Shown here piece after piece: positions 61,653 through 64,000 of a stretch of DNA of 64,000 bases. The DNA lies in the NCBI GenBank assembly GCA_004299145.1, contig SCQD01000173.1, forward strand, positions 253 to 64,252, in the 5' to 3' direction. The notes below the pieces were generated by a model. That model was not told the DNA's origin, did no database searches, and saw nothing but the letters and a program-made list of their open reading frames with translations. The DNA is from Methylococcaceae bacterium (GTDB lineage: Bacteria > Pseudomonadota > Gammaproteobacteria > Methylococcales > Methylococcaceae). The position numbers were made by a program, and so were the translations under genes. Positions within the stretch are counted from its first letter, which is position 1. Each line of letters begins with the position of its first letter.

Positions 61653-63422
61653 ATGACCGAAAAATACCTGGCCGCTCTGCTGGCAAGTACGCTCGTGACG
61701 CCGGCCATGGCGGATGAAAAAGCAGACCTGCTCAAACTCCGGCAAGTCATCGCCGAAGAGCGCGCGGAGCTGCAACAGCTGAAAAACACCACGGCCAGCC
61801 TGCTCGACGTGTTCGTGCAACAGGGGCTGCTGGATAAGCAAAAAGCCGACAGCCTGCTGAAAGCGGCGAAAGCCGGCGCGGCTCCCGTTGCCCCCACCGA
61901 TGCCGCCGCCGAGCCGGCGCCCGCCGCCAAACGCATCCGCGTCACCCACGTGCCGGAGTTCGTCAAGGAAGAAATCCGCCAGGAGGTGATGGCCGGGCTC
62001 GCCGACCAAGTGACCCGGCAGGTCAAAGCCGACGCCAAACAGGAAAAATGGGGCATACCCGCCGCGCTGCCGGAATGGCTGGGCAACGTCAAGCTGTCCG
62101 CCGACGTGCGTTTGCGCGCCCAGGACGATTTTTTCGGCGCCGGCAATGTCCAAAATACCTACCCGGATTATCCGAACATCAACCGCGACGGCGGCGTGCT
62201 GGCGGCGCGCAACCACAACGAAGCGTTCCTGAATACCGGCAAAGACCGCCTGCGCTTTCGCGAACGCTTTCGTCTGGGGCTGGACGCGCAGATTACCGAC
62301 GGCCTGAAAGCCGGCTTGCGCCTGGCGACCAGCAACCAGTTCAGCCCCGTGTCCAGCAACCAGACCCTGGGCAATACCGGCCAGTCCTACCAGGTGGCGA
62401 TAGACCGCGCATTCATGCAATACGATTACCTCGACCGCCAGGGCAACGACTGGTTCAGCCTGTACGGCGGCCGCATCGCCAATCCCTGGGTATCGACGGA
62501 AATGCAGTTCAGCCCCGATCTCAGCTTTGAAGGCCTGGCCGGCACCTTCCGCTGGAAAATGAACCAGGACGACGCCGCGGTGAAAAACTACCGCGCCGCC
62601 GATGCCAACGGGCGCTTCGGCCTACAGATGGGGCCGCAGACACCGGACTCGCTGTTCCTGACGCTGGGCGCATTCCCCATCCAGGAAGTGAATTTTTCCA
62701 CCAGCGACAAATGGCTGTTCGGTGGTCAGCTCGGCGCCGACTGGCTGGTGCACGACGACTCCCGCCTGAAAATTGCCGCCGCTTATTACGATTACCAGAA
62801 TGTTTCAGCGCGCGCCAATGCGCGGGACAGTTTCCGCCATGACTGGACGGCGCCGCAGTTCAGCCAGAAAGGCAACAGCATGGTGCCGATCAACAGCAAC
62901 GACGGCTTCAACAGCCGTTGCGGCGACAGCCAGAGCCTGCAAGGCCAGGGCTGCTTGTTCGGCCTGGCTTCCGGCTTCAAAATTTTCGACGCCACGGTGA
63001 TGTACGATTTCGCCGGTTTCGCGCCGACCCACGCGCTGTTGTCGCTGGATTATGCGAAAAATCTGGGTTATGACGCGGGCCGCATTGAACGCGAATTCCC
63101 CGCTTATCTGGGCAAGGACAATAAAGCCAGAACCAACGCTTTCCAGGTCCGGCTCGACGTCGGCGATCAGGAAATCAAGCGCTTCAAAGACTGGAGCGCC
63201 ATCGTCGCTTACCGCTACGTGCAGCGCGACGCGGTGCTGGATGCGTTCACCGATACGGTTTTTCACCAGGGCGGCACCGACGCCAAAGGCTGGATGATAG
63301 GCGGCAACTACGGTTTGGCGAAAAACACCTGGCTGATGTTGCGCTGGTTCAGCACCCAGGCCGTCGACGGCCCGCCGCTGAACATCGACACCGCCACCCT
63401 GGATTTGAACGTGCGTTTGTAA
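61653..63422 (+). CDS. porin-like outer-membrane beta-barrel protein with an N-terminal coiled-coil
   Basis: Signal peptide MTEKYLAALLASTLVTPAMA. Coiled-coil (KADLLKLRQVIAEERAELQQLKN). About 450 aa with an alternating beta-strand pattern. Resembles the 'putative porin' family seen next to ExbBD/TonB genes. Confidence 0.7.
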   Translation: MTEKYLAALLASTLVTPAMADEKADLLKLRQVIAEERAELQQLKNTTASLLDVFVQQGLLDKQKADSLLKAAKAGAAPVAPTDAAAEPAPAAKRIRVTHVPEFVKEEIRQEVMAGLADQVTRQVKADAKQEKWGIPAALPEWLGNVKLSADVRLRAQDDFFGAGNVQNTYPDYPNINRDGGVLAARNHNEAFLNTGKDRLRFRERFRLGLDAQITDGLKAGLRLATSNQFSPVSSNQTLGNTGQSYQVAIDRAFMQYDYLDRQGNDWFSLYGGRIANPWVSTEMQFSPDLSFEGLAGTFRWKMNQDDAAVKNYRAADANGRFGLQMGPQTPDSLFLTLGAFPIQEVNFSTSDKWLFGGQLGADWLVHDDSRLKIAAAYYDYQNVSARANARDSFRHDWTAPQFSQKGNSMVPINSNDGFNSRCGDSQSLQGQGCLFGLASGFKIFDATVMYDFAGFAPTHALLSLDYAKNLGYDAGRIEREFPAYLGKDNKARTNAFQVRLDVGDQEIKRFKDWSAIVAYRYVQRDAVLDAFTDTVFHQGGTDAKGWMIGGNYGLAKNTWLMLRWFSTQAVDGPPLNIDTATLDLNVRL

Positions 63423-63507
63423 GGGGAACACCATGTACAGGATTTATCGCCACGCTCTGCGCTTATCGTTATACACATCTCCCAATGATTCCCCGCGATG
63501 CCAAAAT

Positions 63508-63642
63508 GAGGGAACCCCGGAGGGTTGCAAAACAGAGACAACCACGCATTTGTATATAAAGACGAGCGCTCTGCGTGGGAAAGCCGCCGCGAAGCGGACC
63601 AACCAAGGCTTCTGGAATACAGTTCGGGACGCTCTGCGTCCC
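63508..63642. repeat. REP array downstream of the porin-like gene
   Basis: GGAACCCCGGAGGGTTGC, CTCTGCGTGGGAAAGCCGCCGCGAAGCGG, AAGGCTTCTGGAA and GGGACGCTCTGCGTCCC. The unit order matches 46164-46250. Confidence 0.8.
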
Positions 63643-63651
63643 GTGTTACCC

Positions 63652-64000
63652 GTGGCACCGTGGCGGCGCTGTATATATTTACTGCTACTCTGCCTGTCGC
63701 AAGCCTTGCCGGCGGCGCCCAAGCAGGAATCGGGCGCGCAGCAGGCTTTGAAAAAAGCCCAGGGCGTCATTCGCCAACTGACCGACGAAAAGCGCGCGCT
63801 GGAAACGGAAAAATCCGCGCTACAGGAGCAGGTGAATAAACTGGAAGGCATCGCCAAACAGGTCGAACCGCTGCAAGGCGAACTGCAACGGCACAAAGCC
63901 GGCGCCGACAGCCTGCGCAGCGCCAATCAGGCGCTGGAATCCCAGCTGAGCGGGGAACGCGAACAAGTCCAGGGGCTGCACCGCAAGTTGCAGGAAATCG
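63652..64000 (+). CDS. secreted coiled-coil protein (3' end cut by window edge)
   Basis: GTG 63652 (or 63643) gives the signal peptide (V)APWRRCIYLLLLCLSQALPAAP. This is followed by a heptad-rich sequence (LTDEKRALETEKSALQEQVNKLEG...). The frame is open to the window end. Confidence 0.5.
   Translation, partial: MAPWRRCIYLLLLCLSQALPAAPKQESGAQQALKKAQGVIRQLTDEKRALETEKSALQEQVNKLEGIAKQVEPLQGELQRHKAGADSLRSANQALESQLSGEREQVQGLHRKLQEI

Noticed and set aside
57829-63642. Possible CRISPR array, given the many short repeats
   Set aside because: The repeats are self-complementary hairpins of several types in both orientations. They lack regular repeat-spacer periodicity and are interspersed with genes. 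They are REP/BIME-like, not CRISPR.
63433-63651. Upstream extension (ATG 63433) of the terminal coiled-coil ORF
   Set aside because: The extension is translated REP array. The signal-peptide-like segment begins at GTG 63643 or 63652.
1-64000. tRNA, rRNA, tmRNA and riboswitch scan by eye
   Set aside because: No cloverleaf-like or rRNA-like segment, and no recognisable riboswitch core, was found in the intergenic regions. This is a limited manual inspection, so tRNAscan/Infernal should be run.

Overview
GC-rich chromosomal segment, probably gammaproteobacterial (rne / rluC-HAD-sppA synteny). No rRNA, tRNA or CRISPR array was seen. Housekeeping blocks are nth, a glxR-like/hyi/lipA operon, rne, rluC, yheS, bfr, recG, yezD/EAL-like/cysTWA and modE. 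They are interrupted by visibly AT-richer accessory islets. (i) 1-4.8 kb: an M15 peptidoglycan peptidase with a lipoprotein, a BrnTA remnant, a RES-Xre toxin-antitoxin (TA) pair, and IS and ATPase remnants. (ii) 6.1-8.0 kb: an ABC/AAA_21 ATPase plus DUF4276 pair, resembling OLD/PARIS-type defence modules. (iii) 23.8-25.4 kb: a transposase remnant plus an AlbA_2/Schlafen-type ATPase. (iv) 38.0-41.6 kb: orphan antitoxins, a ParE TA pair, small membrane proteins, and a two-gene operon encoding a 2TM/TPR-like protein plus a 127-aa minimal Cas10/GGDEF-palm (mCpol-like) cyclase. I rate this operon the best candidate for an undescribed signalling/defence system. The right-hand 22 kb is one large locus: a PstS-like secreted protein, TpsB, a ~3,780-aa TpsA (filamentous-haemagglutinin-like) exoprotein, a DUF2341/LamG-ExbB fusion, ExbD, a TonB-like protein, a porin-like outer-membrane protein and a coiled-coil protein. 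This locus is saturated with several families of palindromic REP/MITE-like repeats. They fill every intergenic gap, and at least seven sit inside the giant tpsA ORF without breaking the reading frame. All family assignments come from motif recognition by eye and need HMM/BLAST confirmation.
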